In this document: positions 27,617 through 41,034 of the stretch, piece after piece
Layout: every line of letters starts with the position of its first letter
Position numbering within the stretch: position 1 is the stretch's first letter
Assembly (NCBI GenBank): GCA_951406725.2
Contig: OX597833.1
Coordinates: forward strand, 23,560,001-23,624,000
From: Octopus vulgaris
Taxonomy: Eukaryota
Reading direction: 5' to 3'
DNA: 64,000 bases
The notes under the pieces: model-generated
Told to the model about the DNA's origin: nothing
What the model saw: the letters and a program-made list of their open reading frames with translations, nothing else
The model's database searches: none
Position numbers and translations under genes: made by a program

Positions 27617-27652
27617 TCTTTCCGACGAAGAGCCATGCTCGAAACGTAAATA
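27617..27652 (+). ncRNA. Minimal hammerhead-like motif, CCGACGA core (Penelope-like fragment ~27545-27730)
   Basis: ttt-CCGACGA-a-gagc(cat)gctc-GAAAC-GTA-aa; stem I is weak. Confidence 0.5.
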
Positions 27653-27735
27653 TACTTTTTTTCCATCTTATACTGAGTGTGAATCCAATGCATTCTATAT
27701 GTACGTCCTCATGATTGTTGTTGTTTTAATTTTAA

Positions 27736-28245
27736 TTGTCCATTACATATGGCATCTCCTGGAAGGACCGAGTACCAAACGGAGTCATCCTAGAACAGAC
27801 TAATATGCCAAGCATGCATGCCCTCCTCGTGCAGAGACGACTGCGCTGGCTCGGACACGTCTGCCACATGCAGGACGGTCGCATGCCTAAAGACATCCTG
27901 TACAGCGAACTCACCACGGGATCCCGACCCAAGGGACGTCCACAGCTACGATACAGGGACGTGTGCAAGCGCAACCTGAGGACTGCCAACATCTGTGTGG
28001 ACACGTGGGAGGTAACAGCTGCTGACCGCTCTGCCTGGCGTCGGACAGTGAGGAAAGGCGTTTCCATGGCTGAGGAAAGGAGAGCACAGCTGTGGTCGGA
28101 CAGGCGGGACAGGAGGAGGACAACTGCAGCAACACCCCACACGTACCCATCGATGTTCGTGTGCAGCAACTGTACCAGGGACTGCCACTCTAGAATTGGA
28201 CTGTTCAGTCACAGCAGACGCTGCTCATCATCAAAGTAGGCCCCA
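27736..28245 (+). mobile_element. 3' fragment of an RTE/BovB-like LINE
   Basis: ISWKDRVPN...RRLRWLGHVCHMQDGRMPKDILYSEL...GRPQLRYRD and a C-terminal CSNC...SHSRRC zinc finger. Confidence 0.9.
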
Positions 28246-28254
28246 CCCTTGGCG

Positions 28255-28592
28255 CGACCCATTCATTCTCCTCATTCAGCAGTCTTTCATAATGGCTTCT
28301 CCAAGCCTCTTTCTTTTCACCAACATTAAAAGCAAGTGCCCCATCATACATGCGGACACATTTCTCTCCTGTAACATCACTATTTTCTCTCACACACTGT
28401 CTGGCAATCCGAAATACCTCAGCTCTTTGGTCCTCACGTCGCTGGACATTGGCAAACTTCTTCTTTTCTGCTACATCTTTGGCTATGTATACCTGCCGCC
28501 CAGCCTCCCTTTTGGCTACCTGGTACAGTTCCCTGCTATCCCCATCCCTCCAGGCTTTCCAGGCCTGTCTCCTTGCACTAATGGCTTTGTCA
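28255..28592 (-). mobile_element. Upstream continuation of the 25255-27488 RTE element
   Basis: ENSDVTGEKCVR...YERLLNEENEW continues naturally into ERLPNVDPVEGPAIQID at ~27480. Confidence 0.85.
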
Positions 28593-28682
28593 TATATATA
28601 TATACAGTATATATATCATGGTATTGTGTTCTTTGTGTTACTTTTTTAAAACTGTTTTCACTGTTTTACTTTGCATTATGTA

Positions 28683-28728
<46 letters not shown>

Positions 28729-29597
28729 GAAAGAGAGAGAGAGAGACTATGAAGCCTTTGATAAACATAGTCACATACATAAACATTCTTAAAACCATAT
28801 AAACATACATGGAATGTGATGAAGGTATATACACACTATACACACTGCAACCCATAACAAGACACCCACCACCACATCACCAACCTTCACCCCATCCCAT
28901 CCCACCCCCACCTTCTTTAAATAGACAAAGATGTTTGAAGTGAAACTTCCCTCTTCCTAAACAGGGGTGACAGTTGGTGTATATACATGTGTATATGTAT
29001 GACGGTGTATATACATGCATGTATATATACGTGTGTGTATGTGTGTATTTATGTGTGTGCATACTTATGTATGTACATCAATAATACATATATATATGTG
29101 CGTGTGTGATGTTTATATGTATCTACTTAGTATATGAGTGTATATGTCGTGTGTATATAATACATGTATGTATACATAATATGATGTGTGTGAGGGTAAG
29201 GGTATATATAAGACTATGCTAATACAGTGTGTATGCTTGGGTATATCTGAACCAACCACAGCCACTCAGAAGCCACTGTTTGAGTTGTATTCCCTCAATA
29301 TACCCCACAGGGGCTACCCCCTGGGTACCACACAATTGTAATGTACAGTATTTCTGTTATGAAGCTGTAGAAAACATCTTATAAACAGACTTTCAAGATT
29401 AATTAAAAACATTCTGGGATCAAAATAATACACACATACGTGACCCAGAATCTGAATGAGTCAGACACTCGTGCAGCGCTCTGCGAAACTCTATGGGTAT
29501 GAATCAAACTGTTTTGAATAATACATGTAACTCCTACTAAATGTGTTGAGTGCCCTATTCTTTCGGCTGTCTACTCACTTGTATATATATATATATA

Positions 29598-30066
29598 GTC
29601 ATGGTGTACAGTGGTAAGAAGTTTGCTTCTGAACCGCATGGTTTTGGGTTCAGTCCCACTGTGTGGCACCTTGGGCTAGTGTCTTCTAAAATAACCTGGG
29701 TCTAACCAAAGCCTTGTGAATGAATTTGGTAGACAGAAACTGAAAGAAGCCTGTTCTATATATGCACACACACACACACACACACATATACATATACATG
29801 TGTGTGTGTATGTGTGTTAGTGTCTCCTTGTGTTGACATCACATGATAGTTGTAAACGAGTGTCACTGTCATACAAGCAGTGTCATTCAATTCCAATCTT
29901 CTGCAAAGACATGTCTGGTCTGGGCTGGGGGGGGGGAATATTATCTTGCTTGGAAACAGGTGAGGGTTGGTGACAGGAAGGGCATCTGGCTGTAGAAAAT
30001 CTGCCTCAGTTAATTCCACCTAACCCATGCAAGCATAGAAAAGTAGATGTAAAAATGATGATGATT
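29598..30066 (+). mobile_element. tRNA/CORE-like SINE with RTE-type tail
   Basis: Head gtggtaagaagtttgct...ggttcagtcccactg, core ccttgggc(a)agtgtcttc, internal (CA/TG)n, tail gaagggcatc...aacccatgcaagcat...aatgatgatgat. Confidence 0.8.
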
Positions 30067-30779
30067 GTGTAAGAGAGAGAGAGGAAGTAGAAGGGAATGT
30101 TGTGTAGATTGTTAGTAATCTTGGAGAAACATGAACCATTGAAGAATTTACGCGAACCTTTGGTGGCACAGGGCCAATATTTGCTGCCAGCGAACTTGAT
30201 GGCTTATATGTCATTTTATACAATACATATATACATACATGCATACATACACACACACATATACACACAAACATATATGCATGCATACATATAAACACAC
30301 ACACATATATATATACACACACGCCCACACACGTATATCTATATTTGCATATACAAATATATCATCATCATCATCACTATTTAACATCTGCTTCCCATGC
30401 TGTCATGGGTTGGACAGCTCATCACAATCCAAGTCAGTTCTTATACAACAATACTGTATGATTAGATTTTAGTCAGAAGACAACAATTCATTTGTTTCCT
30501 TTTGAACTTGGCTTTCTACGGCTGCTGCCATGTCCTTCCTATCTCCGACCACTTCACAGAGTGTCCCTTGATGGGTTTTATTTTGGCACCAGTATCACTG
30601 AAGTGACCTCTGACCCTTCTAAGGATACAGAGTCCTCACTACCCTAAAATGTGTTCATAGAATGGTGGGGACTGAATAGATAGATTGACAGGTAGGTAGG
30701 TAAGTAGGTAGGTAGGTAATTAGACAGACAGACAGAGAGAAAGAGAAGTGCACACATGCATACACACAAACACATAGAG

Positions 30780-33700
30780 GTTGGTATATATACCCCAGGG
30801 GTATATAAACCTAACTTCTGTTACCACTTGCGTATATCAAACTAACTTCAGCTACCCTTGGAGCATATCACAGTTGTGATATACCCTGGAGTATAGCACA
30901 ATAACACAACTATTCAGAAGCAACTGTATCAATACACACACATACCCCTCTGTGTATGTGTGTGTGTATTAATGTCACCACTGATTGTCAGTCAATAATA
31001 CAGATTGTGCCAGAAACTACATTAACAAGATGATAATGTTTTTGTCAATGGTAACGGTCAGCTGGTTGGTATCGAGGGTGTGTCGCCATGAGAGGATTTA
31101 GTACCAGACAACAATACCTATGGCACCATTGAACCACCACAACCTCTAGTACCCCCACTAACCCTACCATTTCCAATATTCCTAACACCCTCACTCTACC
31201 TCCATCATCCCCACCACTGTACATCTACCCCTACCTATAACACACCCACCCCATTAACAGTATCTGTAAGATACCCATCTACTTATTCACACTATCACAC
31301 TGACTGATTCTACCTGACAAGTAAGTAGACATCAAAATACTTCATCCACCCCTAACGTATATCAACCTAACTTCAGTTTCCCCTAGGGTACATCACAGCT
31401 AGTCAGAAGCAACTATCAATTCTACCCAAAATCATTTTATTTTCTCTCACTATACACTCCCCTATCTTATACACACCATAAGGTGCTGTTGTAGAAAAAC
31501 TTAAATATAGAACACAGGGAAACAATGACACATGTCCAGCTCCCAATACCACGACTGAAGACCAAAGAGGTGCGATGGCCGCAAGAAAAGAAAAGCACCC
31601 TAAAATTTATGGGAAACAGGAGGTAAAAGGCAACAAAATCAAAGCTAAAAGAAACCCTGTCCAGAGAAAACAAAAGGACCCCAGCAAGAACTATAAGGGC
31701 AAAGAAAGAAACATCTGCAAATTCTACCTGAAGGGGGACTGCTGGTACAGCGTCGAAGGTGCGAACTGTCGCTTTGCACATCAGAGGCCCTACCAAAACC
31801 GCACGGACGTGAGACAGGGGTCCCTCCCTTCGGGAGAACAAAAAGAAAAATATAAAAGAAGGAAAAAAAGCGCACTGACCACTCCTGAAAGACGATATGT
31901 GGATGTGGTGCGCGATAACCCAACAAATGGCCAGCTTCACCCAGATGTGAGAAGGGCAGCAGCTGAACAGCAATCTTTTTTCTGCATGGCACAAAAAATT
32001 GTTCAGCAGCTGACCTGGCTACAAGCACAAAGCTGGAACTACCACCACATAAGGCCACCACCAACAGATGCAGGATGGCCTCCACAGAAACCAACACCAA
32101 CACACACCATAAAAATATTTCTACTGAACGTAGGAGGGCTGCTGTGCGGAAACTGTAAAAGGAAAATCTCATTCCTGAGAGACCTTGTGACATGCAATCA
32201 AGCTATATGCATGGCACTCACAGAAACGCATCTTGAACCCGATATAGGTGATGCAGAAATACACATGCCGCAATATGCAGTCATACGCACAGATAGAAAA
32301 GGAAGGAGCCATGGTGGAGTTGCAATGTACATCCGAGATGACCTCACGCCCCAGGTCCTGTTGTCATATTCAAACTCAGTGTGTGAAACTCAAATTGTAC
32401 ACATAAGACGACTGAATATCGTCATATGCACTACATATCGCCCACCAGATGCCCCAAATCACTCAGGCATGTTTGAAGACTGCCTAACAAGAATAGGAGA
32501 AGTCCTCACCAACCTTGAACAACACAACAGTGTATTCTTCATGGGTGACTTTAACCTCCCCAATGTGGAATGGCCTGGGGCGTAGATGCTCCCAGGGATG
32601 ACACATCATCAGCAGGCACAGGCAGAGTCCCTGCTCCAACTCACAAATGCCTCTTTCATGGAGCAAAGAGTTCTGCAACCAACAAGGGCAGATAATATAC
32701 TGGATCTCTGCTTCACAAACAATATGGATATTATCCATAATGTTAATGTGATGCCGACAATGATCTCGGATCACAACATAACATAGCTGTCTATGTATGG
32801 AACAAAAGCCCCCATAGACACAGCCTATACGAAGCATCCACCATCTCTCCAACTTAAACTTTCATAAAGCAAACTGGAAGTTGATTGAGAAAGAGATCCT
32901 CAAACAGGATTGGCCTAAATGTCTCTCCACACCGGACATAAACATGAAACACAAACACTTCATGTCCATAATACAAGCCATATATGACAAATATGTCCCA
33001 GTGTGCAGGGCCAGCACACACAAAAACAAAAACAGGATCCCTAGAGAAAGGAAGATTCTTATGAGATGACGGAGAAGGATTGCGAACCGCCTGAGCAAGC
33101 ACACCAAAAGTGGTGAGAAGTCTCGGCTCGAGAGAATGCTAATGGAAATTGAGAAAAGTCTGCATCAGTCCCATGAAAAGGAGAGAGCAGATAAAGAAGC
33201 TTGGATAAGAGAAAATATAAAATCAAACCGTAAAGCTTTCTTTAAGTTTGCCAAAGAGACAGCCACAGTGCACCAGAGAATAGGACCTCTCTTCCAAAAA
33301 GATGGCTCTCTCACAGGAAATCCCACGAGGATAAGTGAAATACTGAACGAACAATTCCAAAGTGTGTTCACTACACCTCTAGGACACAGGCAAGTAAACA
33401 ACCCAGAAGAATACTTTGCCACTTTACCTGCGGCCAAAGAGGCAAAAATTGAGTACATCAACATCGAAGATGATGATATCACACTAGCCATAGATGAGAT
33501 TGACACAAACTCAGCTGCAAACGAGCCCTTGCAAAACCGCTACAGCTTCTTTTTCAGAGCTTTCTTGCAAGTGGTAAGCTTCCAGTCAAATTGAAAGAGG
33601 GGGTAATATGCCCTATCCATAAGGGAGGTAGCAGAGCAGATGCTAAAAATTATAGGCCTATCTCTCTGACCTCACAAATCAGCAAAGTCATGGAACGAAT

Positions 33701-35072
33701 AGTCCGTAAGAAACTAATCATGTTCCTTGAAGAAAATGACTTGCTGTCTGACACCCAGCATGGATTTCGACCAGGTAGAAGCTGCCTAACACAGCTCCTG
33801 CAACACTATGACTGGGTGTTGAAACAGCTACTAAATGGCTCAAATGTGGATGTAATATATCTCGACAAAAGCCTTTGATAAAGTCGACCATGGTATGATC
33901 TGTCACAAACTGCGTGGTCTTGGCATAGGCGGAAAACTTGGAGAGTGGCTGCACAACTTCCTAAAAGACAGAAAACAGGCAGTTGTGAGCAATGGAGCCA
34001 CCTCCAAGGAAACACAAATAACAAGCGGTGACCCACAGGGCACTGTCTTGGGGCCACTGATGTTCATAGTGGCCCTTTCAGACATGCCTTCAGTTGCTAC
34101 GATGACCACCCTTGCTAGCTATGCAGATGACACAAAAGTCTCCCACGCAATACAAAACCCTGAAAATATTGCGCATCTGCAACAGGAGTTGGACACAATA
34201 TACAGGTGGGCTGAGGACAACAACATGCAGTTTAATGCAGGTAAGTTCCAGGCCCTGTGCTACTGGCACACAAAGGTAAACGACGTGCAGACTGGATACA
34301 CTGGCCCAGGAAGAATTGCAGACCTGGGCATTGACATGAGCAATAATGCATCTTTCCAAGTGCATATTGCTAATCTGGTGATAAAATGCAGACGGCTAGC
34401 TGGATGGATTCTCCAAACTTTCAGAACAAGAGAGAAGGAGACACTGATGGTCCTATGGAAAACATTCGTCCTCAGCCGCTTGGACTACTGCTCCCAACTA
34501 TGGTCACCACACAATATAAAACTAACAGCAGAACTCGAAGCAATTCAGAGAAGCTACACAAAGAAAATTATCTCAATGCAAAATATCAGCTACTGGGAAA
34601 GACTGAAGGTATTAAACCTCTTCTCCCTAGAGCGGAGGCGGGAGAGATATGCGGTGATATACATCTGGAAAACCCTGGAGGGTCTTGTCCCAAACTTTTG
34701 CATTCAAAGTTGCGCCACTGCATGGTGCCAAAGATTCCAACATCCCCATCAAAATACAGGTCCAGATACTGCAACAGCTTGGGTTTCAGAGGACTACAGC
34801 TCTTTAACATCCTCCCTAAATGCCTGAGAGACTTACATGGTGTGGATGTGGGTTTCTTTAAAACTAAACTGGATCTCTTCTTGTCGGGAGTCCCAGATGA
34901 ACCTACCTCACGACAGGAGACGCAGATGCGGACAGCAGCGTCAAACTCCATTGTTGATCAAGTGCCACGTATCAGAGGTGGATTCACATATTAGTGTAGC
35001 TCATTCAGCGGTGGTGCCCCAGCATGGCCGCGGCCTCCGGACTAAAACATTTTAAAGGATTTAAGGATTTAT
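30780..35072 (+). mobile_element. Near full-length, decayed CR1-group LINE (CCCH finger, APE endonuclease, RT)
   Basis: APE motifs LLNVGGL, LTETHL, YRPP, MGDFNLP and SDHN. RT motifs YRPISLTS, QHGFRPGRSC, PQGTVLGP and YADDTK. C-terminal LDYCSQLWSP...SLERRR and an (aaggattta) tail. The 5' boundary is approximate. Confidence 0.9.
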
Positions 35073-35404
35073 AAGGCATACATACATGTCTGTATATACA
35101 TGCATACACACATATAGACACAAACATACATAGACACACTTATATACACACTCACACATACATACATCTGTATGTACACATATATATACACATGTCTGTA
35201 TGTACACCCATAGATATTTATGTTCATACATATGTACATAAATAAAGTACATAAATAAAGTACATGTATGGATATAGATATGTACTTGCATATGTCCACA
35301 TAAAACAGTTTAAAGGTCACTGCAAGATCTTGACTAACCTGGGGCTAAATAAACAACAGTTGATTTCAGTGAACTTTATTTTATATCCAGGGTTGTGATT
35401 TGAT

Positions 35405-35715
35405 CTCAGTGCAAGGGTGTTCAGCTCATAATCGTATGGTTGTGAGTTCAATACCTGGCAGCACAATGTCTCCTTGAGCAAGACACTTTATTTCACATTG
35501 CTCCAGTCCACTCAGCTGGCAAAATGAGTTGTACCTGTAATTCAAAGGGCCAGCCTTGTCACATTCTGTGTCACACTGAATCTCCCTGAGAACTACGTTA
35601 AGGGTACATATGTCTGTGGAGTGCTCAGCCACTTGCACATTAATTTCACGAGCAGGGTGTTCCATTGATCGGAACAACTGGAACCCTCGTCATCATAATC
35701 GATGGAGTGCCCATC
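35405..35715 (+). mobile_element. tRNA-derived SINE
   Basis: B box gagttcaatacc and core ccttgagcaagacactttatttcacattgctccagtccactcagctg. A related copy is at 61500-61745 (-). Confidence 0.7.
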
Positions 35716-38154
35716 CATCTAATCAGTGAAGGCCCCTTTATAAACATTGCTGCCCACAGAACATGGCCCTTTTTCCACACACTCACCCCAACAGAACAGA
35801 CCTTCCTCTTGTGGCCCTAAAATCAGAACAAAACCTTATCCTCTGTCCATGTTTCCCTTTTACATGGTTTTTACTCTGGGAACAGAATATTCTGGATTCT
35901 TCAGCTCTCGTCTTTGGAACAAACTAGGTTTTAGTGGAGAATGGCATCAAACCAATTGAGCAGTTTTCTCCTACATGGAGTTGGCCATTCAGATTTACTG
36001 GCATTGCACATACCATTATTGTGCAGGTGCCACATAGAAAGCACCCAGTACATTCTGTAAAGTGTTTAGCGATAGGAAGGGTATCCAGCCATGTAAACCA
36101 TGCCAAAGCAGACAAATGGAGACTGGTGTAGCTTTCCGGCCTTGCCACCTCCTGTCAAACCGTCCAACCCATGCCAGCATGGAAATTGGACGTTAAAGAA
36201 AGATGATGATGATGGTGCATGTGTATATACACTCATACCAGTTGACATACATCTACACAAATAGACAGTCACACATGTACTCACACACACACACACACAC
36301 ACCTAACTATGTATTCATTATCAGCACACATGTAGACTGCTGTTTTCCCTGAATGCCTACATGTTCTTCACTATTTTTTCATCAAACATGGCTTCCCTGT
36401 CCAGATTTTATTATTTCTCAACACTGAAATAGATTTTTTTTTAAATCCACAGATTTTGTGTCATTTGAACTAGCCTTGGTCAACCATCACTAATGGTGGC
36501 CACAAGAAACTCTACCTACATCAACATGATTTACTATAAACATGTGTACACAAATATATTCATACTTATATTACTGTGAAGTATAAATCTTACAGAGTGT
36601 GTGGACAAACCCTATACTGCTGGTGGGTAGGTGGGGGACAAATAGTCATACAAACTATAAGGGTACATCCTACAATGGGGAGGGAGGACATTTGCTACAT
36701 TGATTTATGTAAAGATATCTGTTTAAGGATTTTGACCCTTAGTCCCCTAAATATATGTATATTTAATTAACATTGTTTATTTTCAGCTGATACTTGCATG
36801 TTTGTAATTAATATATTAAAACTGCATTTTATTTAGATTTATTATTATTATTATTCTATAGTCTTCTCCATATTTTGTTGTTTGTTTTCCTGATTTGATT
36901 ATAAGTTAATGTATTGTTATTTCAAATATTTGCAGATATTAATCTTTCCAAAAAAGGCAAAAAATTCTAGAAGCAACAAAAGATTTTGAAACGTATTTTT
37001 GTTGGTAAAAAACAAATATTGTATTACCTCTAAACATTTGAAATTAGTTTCTATTTAAAATTTCACCGAGGATCTCATAACTAACTAATAACTTCATTTT
37101 TTACTTAGGAGCATAGAAACACTTTGTGGGTTTTCTTTTATTCTTTCTAAATCATAAAATCACAAAAATCTTAACATTTTCCTTTTGTTTGAAGGTGGCT
37201 TTCTCGTAAGAGATTCGTTTTTACAGCCTTAAAGTGTAGGGGAGATAACTGCCTACTCTGTATTCGAAATAAACTTTGTCTAGAGAAATAATTTTTTAAC
37301 AGGATTTTTTATTTTCCATACCAGGATCTCTACCTGAAAATTTATAGCATTTGGAACAACAACAACAATAATAAATTTGTTTCTTTTAAGCAACAGCTAT
37401 GATAAGAAAAAGAATGTTTTAAAAAATGAGTTTTTAGGTAAGCTGAAAATTAAACAACTTAATTTCTTCGTTCAAGACATTCCAACATTCTCAATAATCC
37501 AGTCTTTTTGTAAAGGAAATTATTTTAGGCAGATACTGTGTAGTTTAAGGAAAAAGGATTAACTGATCAATCAAATGTTGGATTTTAAAAAACTTTTTGA
37601 GTCCTTTTTTTCCCTGTTACTCTAACATGCATTGCATGAAACTGTCAAGCATAACATTTTTGCTTTTCCGACTGCAAATTTTTTATTCTGCAACCCTGGC
37701 TGCTTCTAACTTTAATCAATGTTGTTTTGCTTTTATGTGGAGAAAATTTAGAATTTTTAAATTTTTTCACATTACCTATTGTTTTCACATTCCATCAAGT
37801 TAATTTCAGAATTGTAAGGCACCAAACTACTTACATGTAGTTCTCCCCACAAATCATTTATGTCTATGTGCTGCTTTTTTTTCATTGTTACATTTTTTTA
37901 AAGTTAAGATTGTTAACAAATATATAAAAAACAAGTTACACCGTTGCTACAGGCAACTTCCCCTGAGCAACAGTGTCTTCATGTCTTTTTTTGTGCAAGT
38001 ATATTCTCTGTCACACAAAACAACTGACCGAGTTTTAAATTTCTTAACTCCTTTCACCTCTTTCTTTCTATTTGCTAAATCACAACAGCCATATGCATCG
38101 TGTGTGTGAGTGTGTGAGAGAGAGAGCGGGGGAGAGATCCAGATTGATATTTTA

Positions 38155-38490
38155 TCCTTTGCTTGCTTCAGTCATTGGACTGCAGCCATGCTGGATTACT
38201 GCTTTGAAGAACTTTTAGTCGGACTCCAACCCAGGACTTATTTCTCTTTCCATTTCTGATACTTGTTCTGTTGGTCTGTTTTGTGAAACTGCTAATTTAT
38301 GGAGACATAAATACACTGACACTAGTTAAGTGGTGGTCACACACACACAGACCCCCTCACACACACACACACAGAGGCTTGTTTCAGTTTCTGTCTACCA
38401 AATCCACTCACAGACTTTAGTTGGCTTGAGGCTATAGTAGAAGACACTTGCCTGAGATGCCAGCAGTGGGACTGAACCTGGAACCACATA
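38155..38490 (-). mobile_element. Diverged CORE-like SINE with CR1-type tail
   Basis: Similar along its length to 41035-41410. Confidence 0.65.
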
Positions 38491-38779
38491 TCTATATTTT
38501 TTGCTTTCTCTTTATACAAATTAAGATACATTTAAAATAATAAATTAATTTGTGCAGCAGCAGCAATAATAATAATTGGAGCTAATATTTTTAAGGGATC
38601 ATATCATCAATGAATGTTATGGTAATGGGCATCCCCTAATTTACTGCAGTTGCTGTTTAAAGTTTAGTCATTTAACTTCATCGTTGTCCTATTAACAGGA
38701 AAATTTAAAAATTAATTCTGAAGCGATGATGAAGCTAAATTACTTTGTGAAGTTGCCTGATATTGAAACTGTAATCTAG

Positions 38780-39180
38780 TGCATTATTTACATTTGACGG
38801 ATATTTGTCCTCATTTTGTTTGTTGTTAACACGTTTTGGCTGATATACCCTCCAGCCTTCATCAGGTGTCTTGGGGAAATTTCGAACCTGGGTTCTCATT
38901 CCTAAGGTATTTTTCAATGTTATTATTATTATTATTATTCAGGTCACTGCCTGGAATCGAACTGGGAATCTTGGGGTTAGTAGCCTGTGCTCTTTCCCAC
39001 TTCGCCATATGCCTGTGGGCAATTATGGAGTGAATTTTAGGGCTTATAAACCTAATATTTTTCTATTCTTCCTTAATACCAGTTCCCATATGTTGCTCAT
39101 ATCTGCACTTGGTTTGCTTAGGAGGTTGTTGTGTCCTAGCATTTAAGCTGCTTCTTTTAGTTTTCGTATTTTCCAGTGGT
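38780..39180 (-). mobile_element. Penelope-like element 3' end (endonuclease C-terminus, tRNA-like module, degenerate hammerhead)
   Basis: Minus-strand WKIRKLKEAA*MLGHNNLLSKPSADMSNIWELVL; A/B boxes at 38942-39013; gacac-CTGATGA-a-ggctg...cagcc-aAAAC at 38828-38870. Confidence 0.75.
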
Positions 39181-39458
39181 GTTCTCTGTCTATTATTTTA
39201 ACTTCATTCCACAGGGGGAGGGTGGTCTCCATTTTTATATACAACTGTGTAATCTAGCGCTACACAAAATGGATGGCACTTGGTGGTGGGTGGGGTTGGG
39301 GGAAAATTGCACATCGGTGTGGTGGGTGGGGAGAGGGACAGACTTTGTTTTTCCGTCTTAAACTTTGAATATATATTTGGATTTTGTTGTTCATAATCAC
39401 AATGGCAGTAATAATTATAATCATAATAAACTTGAGAGTATGTAAACAAAGCCAAATA

Positions 39459-39513
<55 letters not shown>

Positions 39514-39983
39514 ATACATGCAAGGAAATTATAAGCCATAAATTAAAGTATATTTTGGCATTAGAAAAGGGCACCCAACCATAGACACCATGCCACAACA
39601 GACAGTCTGGGCCCCTTCCTGGCTGGCCATCTTCTGTCAAACTGTCCAACCCATACCAGCATGGAAAACGGATGTTAAACAACAGCAATAATGATGATGA
39701 TGAGTTTAAAAGATATTGTTCAAATTTGTGGGCATTTCCATACATGTACCTGTAGCATCAGCTAATATCTTGACTTGTGTGTTCATATGTATGTAAATGT
39801 ACCTGGTTGAACATAGTTGATTCTAGCTGTGAGGAGGGTGGGTGTGCTCATTTGTTAAATGTCATAATCTGTGTCTAACCAGATGTGTAAACTGATCCAT
39901 GAGCAGTGAATTCAAGATGTATGAACACCTCGAACTATAAATTGGAATATACAACTATAAATTTCAACTGGTAGCTACGGGGC

Positions 39984-40011
<28 letters not shown>

Positions 40012-40015
<4 letters not shown>

Positions 40016-40262
40016 ATGTAAAGGGATACGAGCTGGGACAGGAACACAAAACATTTGGAGGACAATAAGGGGCACAGACGGGACATTCGAAGCCTTCAAT
40101 CTTCAGTCAAGAACCAGATCATCCTCGCAATTTCGGCTGATTAATCTTGAGATTGCTTCAACCTGGCCAGCCTCAAGGCTTCGAATGTCCCGTCTGTGTT
40201 TTTTTGTGTCGTCCTCTAAATGTTTTGCGTTCTTGTCCTGGTTTGTATTTTTTTACATATAC
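40012..40262. mobile_element. Inverted-repeat element (~85-bp arms), probably a Penelope-like foldback
   Basis: ...cacagacgggacattcgaagcctt / aaggcttcgaatgtcccgtctgtg..., flanked by TA-rich microsatellite. Confidence 0.6.
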
Positions 40263-40629
40263 ATATATATATAGCGGCACCCGTACCCTTTTTGGTCTTG
40301 TATGTAAGTATATATATATATATATGTGGAGGTGGGGAAAAAAAGGATATGTGCTCCTTTTGGATGAAGCCATGGGAATATGAGTCAGGTCAAGAGGGAT
40401 AGCACTCTTGTGGTAAGAAGGAGATTTAGCGATCTAAAAAGTTGAGCTATTTCCTGCGTCAAATTATATTTTCTGATTATTATTTACTGAAAACCACTTT
40501 GGGATACACATTTTGAAAATCAAATCTGTTTTTTTTTTCCTCAAGGATACAGTTTCAGATATTTTGTTGGGTATACACACACATACATACATATATACAC
40601 TCCTACTTTACACAAACACACACACATAT

Positions 40630-40983
40630 AGTGTGATCGTTGCCAGAGTGACTAACTGGCTTCCGTGTCGGTGGCACGTAAAAGGGCACTATTCGAGTGT
40701 GATCGTTACCAACACCGCCTTACTGGCACCTGTGCCGGTGGCATATGTAAAATGATTTGAGCGAGGTCATTGCCAGTACCGCCTGACTGGCCCCCGTACC
40801 GGTGGCACATAAAAAGCACCCACTATACTCTCAGAGTGGTTGGTGTTAGGAAGGGCATCCAGCTGTAGAAACTCTGCCAGATTAAGATTGGGGCCTGGTG
40901 CAGCCATCTGGTTCGCCAGTCCTCAATCAAATCGTCCAACCCATGCTAGCATGGAAAGCAGACGTTAAACGATGATGATGATG
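40630..40983 (+). mobile_element. RTE-type 3' UTR fragment with (ATG)n tail
   Basis: gtgccggtggcac repeats and ...aacccatgctagcatggaaagcagacgttaaacgatgatg. Confidence 0.85.
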
Positions 40984-41034
40984 TATGTATGTATATATAT
41001 ATAAATATATATATGTATATATATAAATTTTTTT

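Noticed and set aside
38942-39013. Functional tRNA gene
   Set aside because: A and B boxes are present but the acceptor and anticodon stems pair poorly, and it lies within a retroelement end.
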